The notes under the pieces: generated by a model | Database searches by the model: none | The model's input: only the letters and a program-made list of their open reading frames with translations | What the model was told of the DNA's origin: nothing | Assembly: GCA_964248365.1 (NCBI GenBank) | Contig: CAXTYC010000001.1 | Location: 256,001 to 320,000, forward strand | Source of the DNA: an uncultured Chroococcidiopsis sp. | GTDB lineage: Bacteria > Cyanobacteriota > Cyanobacteriia > Cyanobacteriales > Chroococcidiopsidaceae | Length of the DNA stretch: 64,000 nt | Direction: 5' to 3' | Shown here: in pieces, positions 20,803 through 34,467 of the stretch | How positions within the stretch are numbered: the first letter of the stretch is position 1 | Layout of the letters: each line of letters begins with the position of its first letter | Translations under genes and position numbers: made by a program

Positions 20803-22002
20803 ATGAATACTCAAGATTATCCTATTCATTCAGCAGTAAATATTAAGCAAAAACGTGGTATTAACCAGCAAATAATAACTAATAAAACCCAGTGTTTTTT
20901 GATTGAAAAACAGCCTAGCACTCCATTCTTAGTAGTAGATTTAGATACCATTGGCGACAATTATCTTACCTTACACCGACTCCTGCCACAGGCACAGATT
21001 TACTATGCAATGAAGGCTAATCCAGCACCAGAAATTTTGAAACTTTTGGTTGGACTTGGGTCGAGTTTCGATACTGCTAGTGTATTTGAAATTGAGCAGT
21101 GTATCGCCGCTGGCGCTATGCCAGAGCGTATTTCCTATGGCAACACTATCAAGAAGGCGCAGGATATCGCTTATGCCTATAAACTAGGAGTTAGGCTGTT
21201 CGCGTTTGATAGCTTATGTGAACTCGAAAAAATTGCTACCTACGCTCCAGGTGCAAGTGTTTACTGCCGCCTTTTGATGAACAATAAAGGTGCCCAATGG
21301 TCGTTATCTAGAAAGTTTGGCTGTGAAATTGACATGGCTTACGACTTACTTTTGCACGCTCGTCAACTCGGTTTAGATCCCTACGGTGTATCATTCCACG
21401 TAGGTTCACAGCAAACTGACCCCTCACAATGGGATATACCCATCAGTAAAACGGCGATGCTGTTCTCGGCGCTAAAGTGTGCGGGTGTACACCTTCGTAT
21501 GGTTAATCTAGGTGGAGGTTTCCCAGGTAGGTATAAATCAGAAATTTTCAGTGTTGAGACTTATACAGATGCGATCGCCAAAGCGATGAGCCGTTATTTT
21601 AATGTTATTCCAGTGATGATGCTTGAGCCTGGGCGATCGCTTGTTGCTGATGCTGGAGTAATTCAAACTGAGGTAGTGCTAATCTCACAAAAGTCTTATT
21701 TGGACGACAAGCGCTGGGTATTTCTTGATATTGGCAAATTTGGTGGTTTAGCAGAAACTATGGATGAGTGCATTAAGTACCGCATCCGCACTCCTTGGGA
21801 TGGTAATGAAGTAGGACCAATTATTCTGGCAGGACCTACCTGTGATAGTGCCGATATTCTCTATGAACACGCTAACTATGAGCTACCACTTAATCTAACT
21901 GTAGGGGATAAAATCGAAATTCTGAGTACAGGTGCATACACTAGCACTTATGCATCCGTTGGCTTTAATGGCTTCCCACCACTAAAAGCTTATTATATCT
22001 AG
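20803..22002 (+). CDS. Fold-type III PLP ornithine/lysine decarboxylase
   Basis: YAMKANP, FHVGSQ, LGGGF, EPGR, GPTCD, GAYT, FNGF. Confidence 0.9.
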   Translation: MNTQDYPIHSAVNIKQKRGINQQIITNKTQCFLIEKQPSTPFLVVDLDTIGDNYLTLHRLLPQAQIYYAMKANPAPEILKLLVGLGSSFDTASVFEIEQCIAAGAMPERISYGNTIKKAQDIAYAYKLGVRLFAFDSLCELEKIATYAPGASVYCRLLMNNKGAQWSLSRKFGCEIDMAYDLLLHARQLGLDPYGVSFHVGSQQTDPSQWDIPISKTAMLFSALKCAGVHLRMVNLGGGFPGRYKSEIFSVETYTDAIAKAMSRYFNVIPVMMLEPGRSLVADAGVIQTEVVLISQKSYLDDKRWVFLDIGKFGGLAETMDECIKYRIRTPWDGNEVGPIILAGPTCDSADILYEHANYELPLNLTVGDKIEILSTGAYTSTYASVGFNGFPPLKAYYI

Positions 22003-22310
22003 AGCCTGAGCAGAATAAAAGTTGCGATCGCAAGACCAACTAAATATGAGATTACTTAATTAAGCTTACGCATTCTAACTGTAGTAGTAATGCGTAAGCC
22101 TTAATCAGCTTCTAGCATTACCTAACTTATTTTTATTGAAAAACAATGCATTCAATTAATTACACGCAATGGGCTTGTAACCCACAACTAAAATTTTTTT
22201 TCATCTTACTTCCGATATTCCACTCTCCGATTTCCGACTTTTTTTGTTACTGGTAGCAGATATAAAAGTTTTAGAGTAACTACAAGTAAGAAGTTTATAG
22301 CGAGAAATTT

Positions 22311-22628
22311 ATGTATTTAGTATTGGTTCTGATTGCAGCAATTTCATTTACTATCGGCGGTATCTATATGAAGCTTGCTGCTGGGCTATCCCAGCTAGTA
22401 CCCAACTTGCTTGTATATCTTTTTTTTACCATAGGAGCGAGTTTGCAAACTCTTGCTATCCAGAAGTCTGACCTGGGAGCTACTTATATTTTTGTACTTG
22501 GTCTTGAGTCCATATTAACTTTATTATTTGGCGTTCTAATTTTTAAAGAAAAATATTCTGTTTTAAAACTCTTTGGAGTATCTTTAATTGTTGCTGGGAT
22601 TATATTTTTACGCACGAGTCAGATTTAA
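22311..22628 (+). CDS. SMR/DMT family small transporter
   Basis: 105 aa, four hydrophobic helices, GVLIFKEK..KLFGVSLIVAGI. Confidence 0.8.
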   Translation: MYLVLVLIAAISFTIGGIYMKLAAGLSQLVPNLLVYLFFTIGASLQTLAIQKSDLGATYIFVLGLESILTLLFGVLIFKEKYSVLKLFGVSLIVAGIIFLRTSQI

Positions 22629-22716
22629 AGAAATGGTAGGGGCGGGTTTTTTAGATTATCTGTTCTCCTATTAATAATCTGTAAATGCCCCTACATATAC
22701 CGGAAATTTTTGTATC

Positions 22717-22968
22717 CTAATTCTGGTAAGAACGACCGCGTACATATAAACCTACTGCTAAAGCTATTCCAGGCAATGTCAGAATAGCTACCCAGGGAGA
22801 CTGTAGCCAATTACCCTCACTCGCTTGTTCAGTATAATTACGATATCTACTGAGTGAACAAGCTTGTGTAGGACTAACTGAAGTCAACATAACACTACTG
22901 GCGATCGCAGTAGTAGATAAAATAGCCGCCAACGATAATTTTGCTTTCATTGTTGTTATTTTCTCCAA
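22717..22968 (-). CDS. Small membrane/secreted hypothetical protein
   Basis: Signal-like N-terminus and C-terminal TM helix. Confidence 0.55.
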   Translation of the reverse strand: MEKITTMKAKLSLAAILSTTAIASSVMLTSVSPTQACSLSRYRNYTEQASEGNWLQSPWVAILTLPGIALAVGLYVRGRSYQN

Positions 22969-23195
22969 CTATTTTCAGTTTAAGTAGGGGCGAATTTAAC
23001 AGACATATTTATGGGAAAATAGACAATCCTGAAAAACCTGCCCCTATTCCTTCGCGGACACAATTTTCATAAATTGTAATCTCTGAACTGAATTAATGCA
23101 TATAAAAAAGGGCAAAACTTAATTTCGCCCTGACAGAATATAAATGATGTAGGAGTGGGTTTTTCAAGATATCTCTATTAAACCCGCCCCTACTT

Positions 23196-24596
<1,401 letters not shown>

Positions 24597-24735
24597 TTAC
24601 TTTTTCTCCCCTTCTTATTTAAAGAATGCAGATCAAAAAATGATGAATTATGAAGGATGAAATTTAATCTTCAGCATGATTGCCTTCAACCTTCATCCTT
24701 TTCCCTTTCCCCTTTCCCCTTTATTTCGGCAGTGT

Positions 24736-25335
24736 TCAAAACTCAGGAAATAAACGGGAAATTTCGTCGTCATCCGATTTCCTCTCTTCCCTGGCTGGAG
24801 TTCTGTCTGATGTTTGCTCAGACGAGACATTAATCCCTTGGTTTAATTCATCCAACCAAGCATCGCCCATTTGATTCTCAGTTGTACTTGATTGTGAGGA
24901 TTGAGATTGTATTCCTGGTGTTGTTCTATCCACCACTTCAACACGGGATGATTCTCTCGACTGAAGGATTTGTTCATCTTGCGCCGTTCCCATTACCGTT
25001 TCCACGTTTGTGTTTGGCTTCGTGGGAATAGGGCGTGGGTTTTCTATGGGTTGGGAACCGCCCCCCAATCTTTCTGGGTCGAAATTCAACTCTAGTATCT
25101 CAATCAAGGCATTTACATCTGGATTAAGCCTAGTACAAGGCAATAGTAATTGCCCTAATTGCGGCTCAAGCGTACTCACAACTCCCAGGATGAGGAAAGA
25201 AGACGGTCGTCTGCCACCATCAGGAGTGGCAACATGATCCACTTCCATTTGTCGTGTAATCCAAGAACGATTTTCCTGAAAATACTGCAACCACTTGTGT
25301 TTCAAGGAGGTCGTCAAGTCAGTGAAAAAAGCCAT
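24736..25335 (-). CDS. DUF5331-like protein between chlL and chlN
   Basis: KWLQYFQENRSW..TPDGGRRPSS..LNFDP; chlL-X-chlN arrangement. Confidence 0.7.
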   Translation of the reverse strand: MAFFTDLTTSLKHKWLQYFQENRSWITRQMEVDHVATPDGGRRPSSFLILGVVSTLEPQLGQLLLPCTRLNPDVNALIEILELNFDPERLGGGSQPIENPRPIPTKPNTNVETVMGTAQDEQILQSRESSRVEVVDRTTPGIQSQSSQSSTTENQMGDAWLDELNQGINVSSEQTSDRTPAREERKSDDDEISRLFPEF

Positions 25336-25393
25336 CTTTTCTTTACCTCATCCAGAATCAATAGAGTAAGCACATTGGCATTATCCCTACTGA

Positions 25394-26260
25394 TTAAACC
25401 ATCATCAAGTCCAGTTCTTCTTCCTGATTTACAACGGGTGGTTTAGTGGGATTGAGGTAGAAGTCAGACAGCAAGGCAAACAACTCCCTGTCTGGTGAGT
25501 CGTTTGGCACAACTCCTTCAGGACGAGCCAGAATTTGATCGGCAATATTGAGGTAGTAGTCACAGACATAATTAAGGGAAGGATCATGCTCAGCCATTTC
25601 AAACAAAGTCTTGCCTTTCACACGGGAAACGCGGATGTCCTCAATTAGGGGCAAAACTTCTAAAACTGGCATTGGGACTGATTCTATATATTTATCAATC
25701 AGGTCACGCTTAGCAGTGCGGTTGCCAATTAAACCAGCTAGACGCAAGGGGTGAGTCCGGGCTTTTTCCCTTACTGATGCAGCAATTCGGTTAGCGGCAA
25801 ACAAGGCATCAAAACCATTGTCTGTCACAATCATGCAGTAGTCTGCATAGTTAAGCGGCGCAGCAAAACCGCCACACACTACGTCACCCAATACGTCAAA
25901 CAGAATTACATCGTACTCATCAAAGGCGTTGAGTTCCTTGAGTAGCTTGACTGTCTCGCCTACGACATAGCCGCCGCAACCTGCACCTGCTGGAGGTCCA
26001 CCAGCCTCTACACAATCAACACCGCCATATCCTTTGTAAATTACATCTTCAGACCAAACGTCTTCGTAGTGGTAATCCTTTGCCTGAAGAGTGTCGATAA
26101 TTGTGGGAATCAGGAACCCAGTGAGGGTAAAGGTGCTGTCATGCTTAGGATCGCAGCCAATTTGCAGAACTTTTTTGCCGCGCTTGGCTAAGGCTACAGA
26201 TATATTACAGCTAGTTGTGGATTTGCCGATGCCACCTTTTCCGTAGACTGCAAGTTTCAC
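25394..26260 (-). CDS. chlL: Dark-operative protochlorophyllide reductase iron protein
   Basis: [28 protein letters not shown] start with AGGAG RBS. Confidence 0.97.
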   Translation of the reverse strand: MKLAVYGKGGIGKSTTSCNISVALAKRGKKVLQIGCDPKHDSTFTLTGFLIPTIIDTLQAKDYHYEDVWSEDVIYKGYGGVDCVEAGGPPAGAGCGGYVVGETVKLLKELNAFDEYDVILFDVLGDVVCGGFAAPLNYADYCMIVTDNGFDALFAANRIAASVREKARTHPLRLAGLIGNRTAKRDLIDKYIESVPMPVLEVLPLIEDIRVSRVKGKTLFEMAEHDPSLNYVCDYYLNIADQILARPEGVVPNDSPDRELFALLSDFYLNPTKPPVVNQEEELDLMMV

Positions 26261-26853
26261 GTTTAGTTGGCTCCTATCAAAGTTGCTTGTTAAATGTGGC
26301 AAAAGTTGGCGCTTCAACTAGCCGTCTTTTTGCCGTTGCTTGTTTTCCTTTCCTGCATTATCTGCCAACTGCTGAGGAAAAGAAAGGGGTGTTTTGAATA
26401 GATTAGGGTTTAAAGCTGAAATATATATATTTAAATAATGATTATTAGTTACTTTTGCCTTAAAAATTTTATCTAGCTCTAATAATCACTTTTTTTAATT
26501 TTTTATACCATTTAATATATAAAATTAGTTACAATCTAAAAATAATAATATTTGTCACAAATTAGAAAAAAACAAGTAAATAGTGATATAAAAATCGCTT
26601 CAGGTTATCCCAGCCATAAAGAATGCTTGGATTAGAGTCAAAGAACCATAGACAACAAGTGATTCAAACAGCAAAGCTTTCGAGGCTAACCGATGTTGTT
26701 TGAATTACACATCGCTCTCATCGCAGCTTTACCTTTGAAGGTAGTCGAGTAGGGGAACAGCAGTTGAAGGATAAAGCGCACCTTATATCTGGTGATTGAG
26801 TGCGATCGCGTGGAATAATGTTAAGAATAATAAATTTTGTTCTAACTACAGGC

Positions 26854-27108
26854 TCAAGAAATATCTAACTCAGTTTCTGCTATTTCTTGTAAGGATTGCC
26901 AGCCAGCTTGCCATTGAGAGCGGTCTTTTAAGATTTTGGCGTTAATCCAGAAACGGACATTAGGGTCGCAAGCAGCAACCATTTCGGCAAACACCCACTT
27001 ATTCTGATTCTTGCGATTGACGACCTGAAAGTGTCGCCATCCCCACATTTTTTGCACAGAAGTCCACTTTGAGCCAACCAGGTAAGGAAATTTTTGTTTT
27101 TTAGACAT
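26854..27108 (-). CDS. Trp-rich conserved protein (TIGR02450-like)
   Basis: GSKWT..GWRHFQV..W.AGW. Confidence 0.75.
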   Translation of the reverse strand: MSKKQKFPYLVGSKWTSVQKMWGWRHFQVVNRKNQNKWVFAEMVAACDPNVRFWINAKILKDRSQWQAGWQSLQEIAETELDIS

Positions 27109-27282
27109 ATTGAGGGATGAGGGGTGAGGGGCTAGGGGCTAGAGGAAGAGGAAGGGGGAGAGTGGGAGAGTGGGAGAGGGGGAGAATAATTAATTACGAA
27201 TTACGAATTACCCTTTACCGCAATACCTCTTTACCCTTTTTTCTAGCCCCTAGCCTCCAGCCCCCAGCCCCCAGTCCCTAGT

Positions 27283-29115
<1,833 letters not shown>

Positions 29116-29432
29116 ACTAGCTTTGCAGTTAACTAAGATGGTGGAGTATATAATTATTCTTCCCACATCAAGCCAAATAAGAACGCGATCGCTAATTTAG
29201 GGACTAGAGGCAAGGGGCTAGGGACTAGGGAAAAATTCTCTGCTTGCGGTGCAAAGTGGGGCGGAAATACCCCTTTGGAATTACGTAAACACCGATCTTG
29301 TAACTACCCCAAGTCTTTCTACAATGACCGATAGGGACACCAAGAGCAAGAACACTCCCCCCTTACGAGCGCGTTCTTCGCGTCTTGGCGGTTCGTTACT
29401 CAAATCAAGACTCGCAAGGGGAAGCGCGAAAT

Positions 29433-32051
29433 ATGCAACCAACAGATCCCAACAAATTTACAGACAAAGCCTGGGAAGCGATCGCTCACACTCCTGATAT
29501 CGTTAAAGCAGGCGGACAACAGCAGATTGAAAGCGAACACCTGCTTAAAGCACTGCTAGAACAAGAAGGGCTAGCTATTAGCATTCTTACCAAGTGTGGC
29601 GTAGACATTGCAAAACTGCGCGATCGCACCGAACAATTTATCCAACGTCAACCTAAAATATCCGGTAGCAGTAGTTCCGTCTACCTGGGACGTAGCTTAG
29701 ATACACTGCTAGATAGAGCAGAATCCTATCGCAAAGAATTTGACGACGAATTTATTTCAATTGAACACTTATTACTGTCGTATACCAAGGATGATCGCTT
29801 TGGCAAAAGCTTATTCCAAGAATTTGGCTTAGACGAAGCAAAACTAAAAAATACTATTAAACAAATTCGTGGGAATCAGAAAGTGACAGACCAAAATCCA
29901 GAAGGCAAATACGAATCACTAGAAAAATATGGGCGGGACTTGACAGAAGCCGCCCGTAGTGGTAAACTTGACCCTGTTATTGGGCGAGATGATGAAATTC
30001 GCCGTACAATTCAAATCCTTTCTCGTCGCACCAAAAATAACCCTGTATTAATTGGTGAACCTGGTGTCGGTAAAACAGCGATCGTCGAAGGACTGGCACA
30101 ACGAATCATAGCAGGTGACGTACCCCAGTCGCTCAAAGACCGCAAGCTGATATCTCTGGACATGGGTGCTTTGATCGCAGGGGCAAAGTTTCGAGGTGAA
30201 TTTGAAGAACGCCTAAAAGCAGTTCTCAAAGAAGTTACCGAATCCAAAGGTAACATTATTCTCTTCATTGACGAAATTCACACCGTTGTTGGTGCAGGTG
30301 CTACTCAAGGGGCGATGGATGCTAGCAACTTGCTTAAACCAATGTTGGCGCGGGGTGAACTGCGCTGTATTGGTGCTACTACCCTCGATGAGTACCGCAA
30401 GTATATAGAAAAAGACGCAGCACTAGAAAGACGCTTCCAACAGGTGTATGTGGATCAGCCCAGCGTAGAAGATACAATTTCGATTCTGCGGGGTTTGAAA
30501 GAGCGGTATGAAGTCCATCATGGGGTAAAAATTTCCGACAGTGCCTTGGTTGCAGCCGCTACGTTGTCAAATCGATATATTAGCGATCGCTTCCTTCCCG
30601 ACAAAGCGATCGATCTGGTTGACGAAGCCGCAGCTCGTTTGAAAATGGAGATCACCTCCAAACCCGAAGAACTCGACGAAATTGACCGGAAAATCCTGCA
30701 ACTTGAGATGGAACGGCTTTCGCTAGAAAAAGAAAGCAACGCCGCCTCCAGAGAACGCTTGGAAAGACTGGAAAAAGAACTTGCCGATCTCAAAGAAGAG
30801 CAAAGAGCGCTTTCTGCTCAATGGCAGTCTGAAAAGGATGTTATTAGCAAAATTCAGACAATTAAAGAAGAGATTGATCGCGTTAACGTCGAAATCCAAC
30901 AAGCAGAACGCGACTACGACCTCAACAAAGCAGCAGAATTGAAATATGGCAAGTTGACTGACTTGCACAGACAACTTGAAGAAGCTGAAACTCTTCTAAC
31001 GCAAGCTCAAGGAAGTGGTCAATCCCTACTGCGCGAAGAAGTGACAGAAGCGGACATCGCGGAAGTTATTTCTAAGTGGACGGGTATTCCAATCGGCAAG
31101 CTAGTGGAAACCGAGACAGAAAAACTGCTGCACTTGGAAGACGAACTACACCGTCGTGTAATTGGTCAAGATGAGGCGGTTACAGCTGTTGCTGATGCAA
31201 TTCAGCGATCGCGTGCTGGACTTGCCGATCCCAATCGTCCCATTGCTAGCTTTATTTTCCTTGGTCCAACGGGGGTGGGAAAAACCGAACTCGCCAAAGC
31301 CTTGGCTGCATATCTGTTCGACACCGAAGAAGCAATGGTGCGAATTGATATGTCCGAATACATGGAGAAACATACGGTTTCTCGCCTAATCGGTGCGCCT
31401 CCTGGATACGTCGGTTACGAAGAAGGAGGACAGCTAACCGAATCAATTCGTCGTCGTCCTTATGCTGTAGTGCTATTCGACGAAATCGAAAAAGCGCATC
31501 CAGATGTATTCAACATCATGCTGCAAATCCTCGATGATGGACGTGTAACCGATTCCCAAGGTCATACGGTGGACTTTAAGAACACCATTATCATCATGAC
31601 TAGCAACATTGGTTCTCAATACATCTTGGATCTAGCGGGGGATGATTCTCGCTATGAAGAAATGCGTAGTCGGGTGATGGAGGCGATGCGTAATAGCTTC
31701 CGTCCAGAGTTCCTCAACCGAATTGACGAGATTATTATCTTCCATGCTCTCAATAGAGCAGAATTGCGGCAAATTGTCAAGCTACAGGTGCGGCGACTCG
31801 AACAGCGACTGGCTGAGCGCAAGATTACGCTCAGACTCTCTGATGCTGCTCTCGATTTCTTAGCAGAAGTGGGCTATGATCCAGTGTTTGGAGCGCGTCC
31901 ACTCAAGCGAGCGATTCAGCGCGAGTTGGAAACTCAAATCGCTAAGTCAATTCTACGTGGCGAATTCAACGACGGCGATACTATCTTTGTGGATGTGGAA
32001 AACGAGCGTCTTTCGCTCAAGCGCTTACCTGCCGAGGTGTTGACAACATAA
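29433..32051 (+). CDS. clpB: ATP-dependent chaperone ClpB
   Basis: Two Walker A motifs ([16 protein letters not shown]), coiled-coil middle domain; ATG 29433. Confidence 0.97.
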   Translation: MQPTDPNKFTDKAWEAIAHTPDIVKAGGQQQIESEHLLKALLEQEGLAISILTKCGVDIAKLRDRTEQFIQRQPKISGSSSSVYLGRSLDTLLDRAESYRKEFDDEFISIEHLLLSYTKDDRFGKSLFQEFGLDEAKLKNTIKQIRGNQKVTDQNPEGKYESLEKYGRDLTEAARSGKLDPVIGRDDEIRRTIQILSRRTKNNPVLIGEPGVGKTAIVEGLAQRIIAGDVPQSLKDRKLISLDMGALIAGAKFRGEFEERLKAVLKEVTESKGNIILFIDEIHTVVGAGATQGAMDASNLLKPMLARGELRCIGATTLDEYRKYIEKDAALERRFQQVYVDQPSVEDTISILRGLKERYEVHHGVKISDSALVAAATLSNRYISDRFLPDKAIDLVDEAAARLKMEITSKPEELDEIDRKILQLEMERLSLEKESNAASRERLERLEKELADLKEEQRALSAQWQSEKDVISKIQTIKEEIDRVNVEIQQAERDYDLNKAAELKYGKLTDLHRQLEEAETLLTQAQGSGQSLLREEVTEADIAEVISKWTGIPIGKLVETETEKLLHLEDELHRRVIGQDEAVTAVADAIQRSRAGLADPNRPIASFIFLGPTGVGKTELAKALAAYLFDTEEAMVRIDMSEYMEKHTVSRLIGAPPGYVGYEEGGQLTESIRRRPYAVVLFDEIEKAHPDVFNIMLQILDDGRVTDSQGHTVDFKNTIIIMTSNIGSQYILDLAGDDSRYEEMRSRVMEAMRNSFRPEFLNRIDEIIIFHALNRAELRQIVKLQVRRLEQRLAERKITLRLSDAALDFLAEVGYDPVFGARPLKRAIQRELETQIAKSILRGEFNDGDTIFVDVENERLSLKRLPAEVLTT

Positions 32052-32152
32052 TTTAGTTGCTACCCATGCCCACCTACTTGAGCCTGGGAGCAAGGCTATC
32101 TAGATGCAGAGCATCCATAACTTTGGTGGGGAAATACAAACATAATCTAGTT

Positions 32153-32175
32153 AAGGTGGGCAATGCCCACCCTAC
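32153..32175 (-). repeat. GTAG-type REP (GTAGGGTGGGCATTGCCCACC)
   Basis: Also at 10484-10503 and 40344-40364; variant TGC[C/T]ACCCATGCCCACC at 11709, 32058 and 40475. Confidence 0.75.
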
Positions 32176-32189
32176 GTTTTCTATAATTC

Positions 32190-32765
32190 CTAAAATGACG
32201 ATCCTGGCTGCTGTAAAAATGCTTCTTCTTCTGGGGTTGATACTCGCCCCAGAATTGCATTTCGATGGGGAAAGCGCCCAAACCGCAAAATTACTTCCCT
32301 GTGACGAATAGCGTAATTAATCGTATCAGCACTATCGGGATCGTCTCTTAGTTGCTCAAATAGAGCAACAGCTTGATTTTGATGTTCTAGATTTTCGCTG
32401 TGTTCAAGCGGTAAGTAGACAAACCAACGCTGTACGGGTAACAACTCGCGGTCATAGGCTTGGGCAATGGCATACTGTGCTGTTGAGAGTGCTTGCCAGT
32501 CAGTGGCAAAAGCTTTGGGTGTACCGCGAAACATATTGCGGGGAAACTGATCGAGTAGCAAAATCAAGGCAAGACAACTTTGGGGTGAATTCTTCCAGTC
32601 ATCCAAATTACCCGCCGCAGCTTGTTCGTAATCACTGATAAAGCGAGTTCGCATTTCCAGATCAAACTCTGGCTTTTTGACAAACCAAACTTGACGGGGT
32701 TTGCCATAACTTGCAAGCTCAGGCTGACCAAACCAGAAATCCAAAACTTTTCTTGCCTGTGACAT
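32190..32765 (-). CDS. DUF924 family protein
   Basis: LDQFPRNMFR, PLEHSE, FGRFPHRN. Confidence 0.88.
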   Translation of the reverse strand: MSQARKVLDFWFGQPELASYGKPRQVWFVKKPEFDLEMRTRFISDYEQAAAGNLDDWKNSPQSCLALILLLDQFPRNMFRGTPKAFATDWQALSTAQYAIAQAYDRELLPVQRWFVYLPLEHSENLEHQNQAVALFEQLRDDPDSADTINYAIRHREVILRFGRFPHRNAILGRVSTPEEEAFLQQPGSSF

Positions 32766-32779
32766 GACTCTTACTCACT

Positions 32780-33352
32780 CTACTGACTCATACACAGCAC
32801 CTGTCTCATATTCCGCATATTTTCTGGCAATTCAAAATGCATCGCTTGTTGAATGAAAATTGATGGAACGGGAATGGTAGGTGTGGCTTGCACTGCATAA
32901 GTGAGCAAAGTCCCAGCACCGCAATCAGCTAGCTTTAGATCTGCTGTAAAGTCGGTGAAAGTGCCTTTTTCAAGCTTGAACTGAATTTGCTGTTGCGCTT
33001 GCTCAAATACATTTAAATAAATCTCAACCGAAGCGGTGAGGAAGAGAAAGGTTTTGCAAGCGACTTGATACAGACGTTTTACTTTGCCTGGTTGCAACAC
33101 TTCGCTTTGGGTGACATCAGGAAAGTATTGTACCCAGCGAGGGTAATCAGTCACTTGTTGCCAAACAAGCGATCGCAATAGGGGTATGTACATTTGGGCA
33201 GTGACAGCACCACCCCAAGCCGAGTGCGATCGCGTTTGGACTAAAATCTCTCCTTTGAGCAGTCTTGCAAGATCAGTTTGACTTAAAGTTAATCCTGATG
33301 CTACACGGCTCGATTCTGATGCTAATATTGCAGTCATAATAAATTCCGCCAC
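32780..33352 (-). CDS. SRPBCC/polyketide cyclase-like protein
   Basis: VWQQVTDYPRWVQYFP motif. Confidence 0.75.
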   Translation of the reverse strand: MAEFIMTAILASESSRVASGLTLSQTDLARLLKGEILVQTRSHSAWGGAVTAQMYIPLLRSLVWQQVTDYPRWVQYFPDVTQSEVLQPGKVKRLYQVACKTFLFLTASVEIYLNVFEQAQQQIQFKLEKGTFTDFTADLKLADCGAGTLLTYAVQATPTIPVPSIFIQQAMHFELPENMRNMRQVLCMSQ

Positions 33353-33474
33353 TCCTCAAATAACTTGTCTGATACAGCTACTCGTTATGAAATAGCTATA
33401 CCTTTAGATTTAATGCTCAATTTAGCTAAATTCTTGTAAAGACATGATAAACCTGATATAAAGCTTCCCATAAT

Positions 33475-33957
33475 TTATTCAAAACTATCACCTCTAGAAA
33501 TAGGGACAACCCGACAACCCGACGAGGGGAGCTGGGGGGCATCATCTTCATCGGTATGGCGTTCTAAAGAGGAAATGGTAGTCTTTTGCAGATGATGTGC
33601 TTTTTGATTTCTAACGTAGTTTACAGCTTGAGCAAGTTGTTTAGCGCCTAGTGAAAAGACACCATAGCCGCGCTGCCAGACGAATGGAAGACAAGAATTA
33701 GGCAAGCTATGATTTAGATGATGAGCGCTACTGCCTTTGATATTTTTGACGAAATCTGAAATAGAAAGGCCAGGTGGAATTGAAACTACCAGATGAATAT
33801 GATTTTCTATCCCACCGATGGCATGGATAATACAACCAAGAGTATCAGCTTTGCCAATTATATAACTATAAAGTTTAGGCTCTCGATCTGGAGTGATAAA
33901 AGGTTGACGTTCTTTAGTTGCCCAAACCAGATGATAATAAAGTCGCCAAAGAGCCAT
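33475..33957 (-). mobile_element. tnpA: IS200-like TnpA (Y1 HUH transposase), no tnpB
   Basis: YHLVWATK, NHIHL, IKGSSA, WQRGYGVFS, YVRNQ. Confidence 0.9.
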
Positions 33958-34000
33958 AAAGATTCTTATTCCTTATTTTAATAATTTAATATTTTTCTTC

Positions 34001-34312
34001 AGTCGGCTTGAGCCGACTTTAGCTATTAGCAAGGGAATTAATTCCCTTGCGGGCTTGTGTTCCTTAGCTAGGAATTAATTTCAAGGCGGGCTTTAGCTTG
34101 TGGGTGATGCCGATTAAACCGCCTTGAAATTAATTTCAAGGCTCATAGCTTAAGTCCGTTTTAACGGACTAATTGAAAATAGGTGTGAGTGGGCTTGTGT
34201 TCCTTAGCTGGGAATTAATTCCGTTGCGGTATTGAAATTAATTCCGAGATGCCGATTAAACCGCCTTGAAATTAATTTCAAGGCTAATCGCTGAAGTCCG
34301 TTAAAACGGACT
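34001..34312. repeat. Array of double-hairpin palindromic units upstream of tnpA
   Basis: Full units at 34001-34052, 34119-34170, 34261-34312 plus partial ones; ~141-bp duplication. Confidence 0.85.
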
Positions 34313-34467
34313 AATTTAACACAGGCGCGATGGTCGCGCTTAGCGTTCCGCCTTCGGCATCGCTCACGATGATTGTAGATATTAAATGAGGCTCCGCCTC
34401 TATTTTTTTTGTGACAAAGCTTAGCCTTGTCACGAGGGTTAGGAGGCTCATGCCTCCTGATATACCT

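Larger units (their letters stand above)
18342..23193. repeat. Cluster of GTAGGGGCGGGTTT...AAACCCGCCCCTAC REPIN-like hairpins
   Basis: Copies at 18397-18459, 19525-19588, 19652-19714, 20026-20090, 20313-20376, 20402 (half), 22636-22694, 22984-23046, 23149-23193; outliers at 1687-1747, 17425-17488, 49659-49722. Confidence 0.9.

Noticed and set aside
18342..23193. REP cluster as a CRISPR-like repeat-spacer array
   Set aside because: The arms are inverted, not direct, repeats, and the ~36-nt loops resemble each other.
29170..29432. CIRCE element before clpB and the longer TTG-start N-terminus
   Set aside because: No TTAGCACTC-N9-GAGTGCTAA seen; ATG 29433 gives the usual MQPT start.
30011..31446. 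Short antisense/overlapping ORFs in clpB (likewise in mutM, gcvP, kinases and RTX genes)
   Set aside because: Shadow frames of well-supported genes with no recognisable motifs.
34001..34312. Possible CRISPR array
   Set aside because: Units occur in both orientations, intervening sequences are themselves repeated, spacing is irregular and there are no cas genes in the window.
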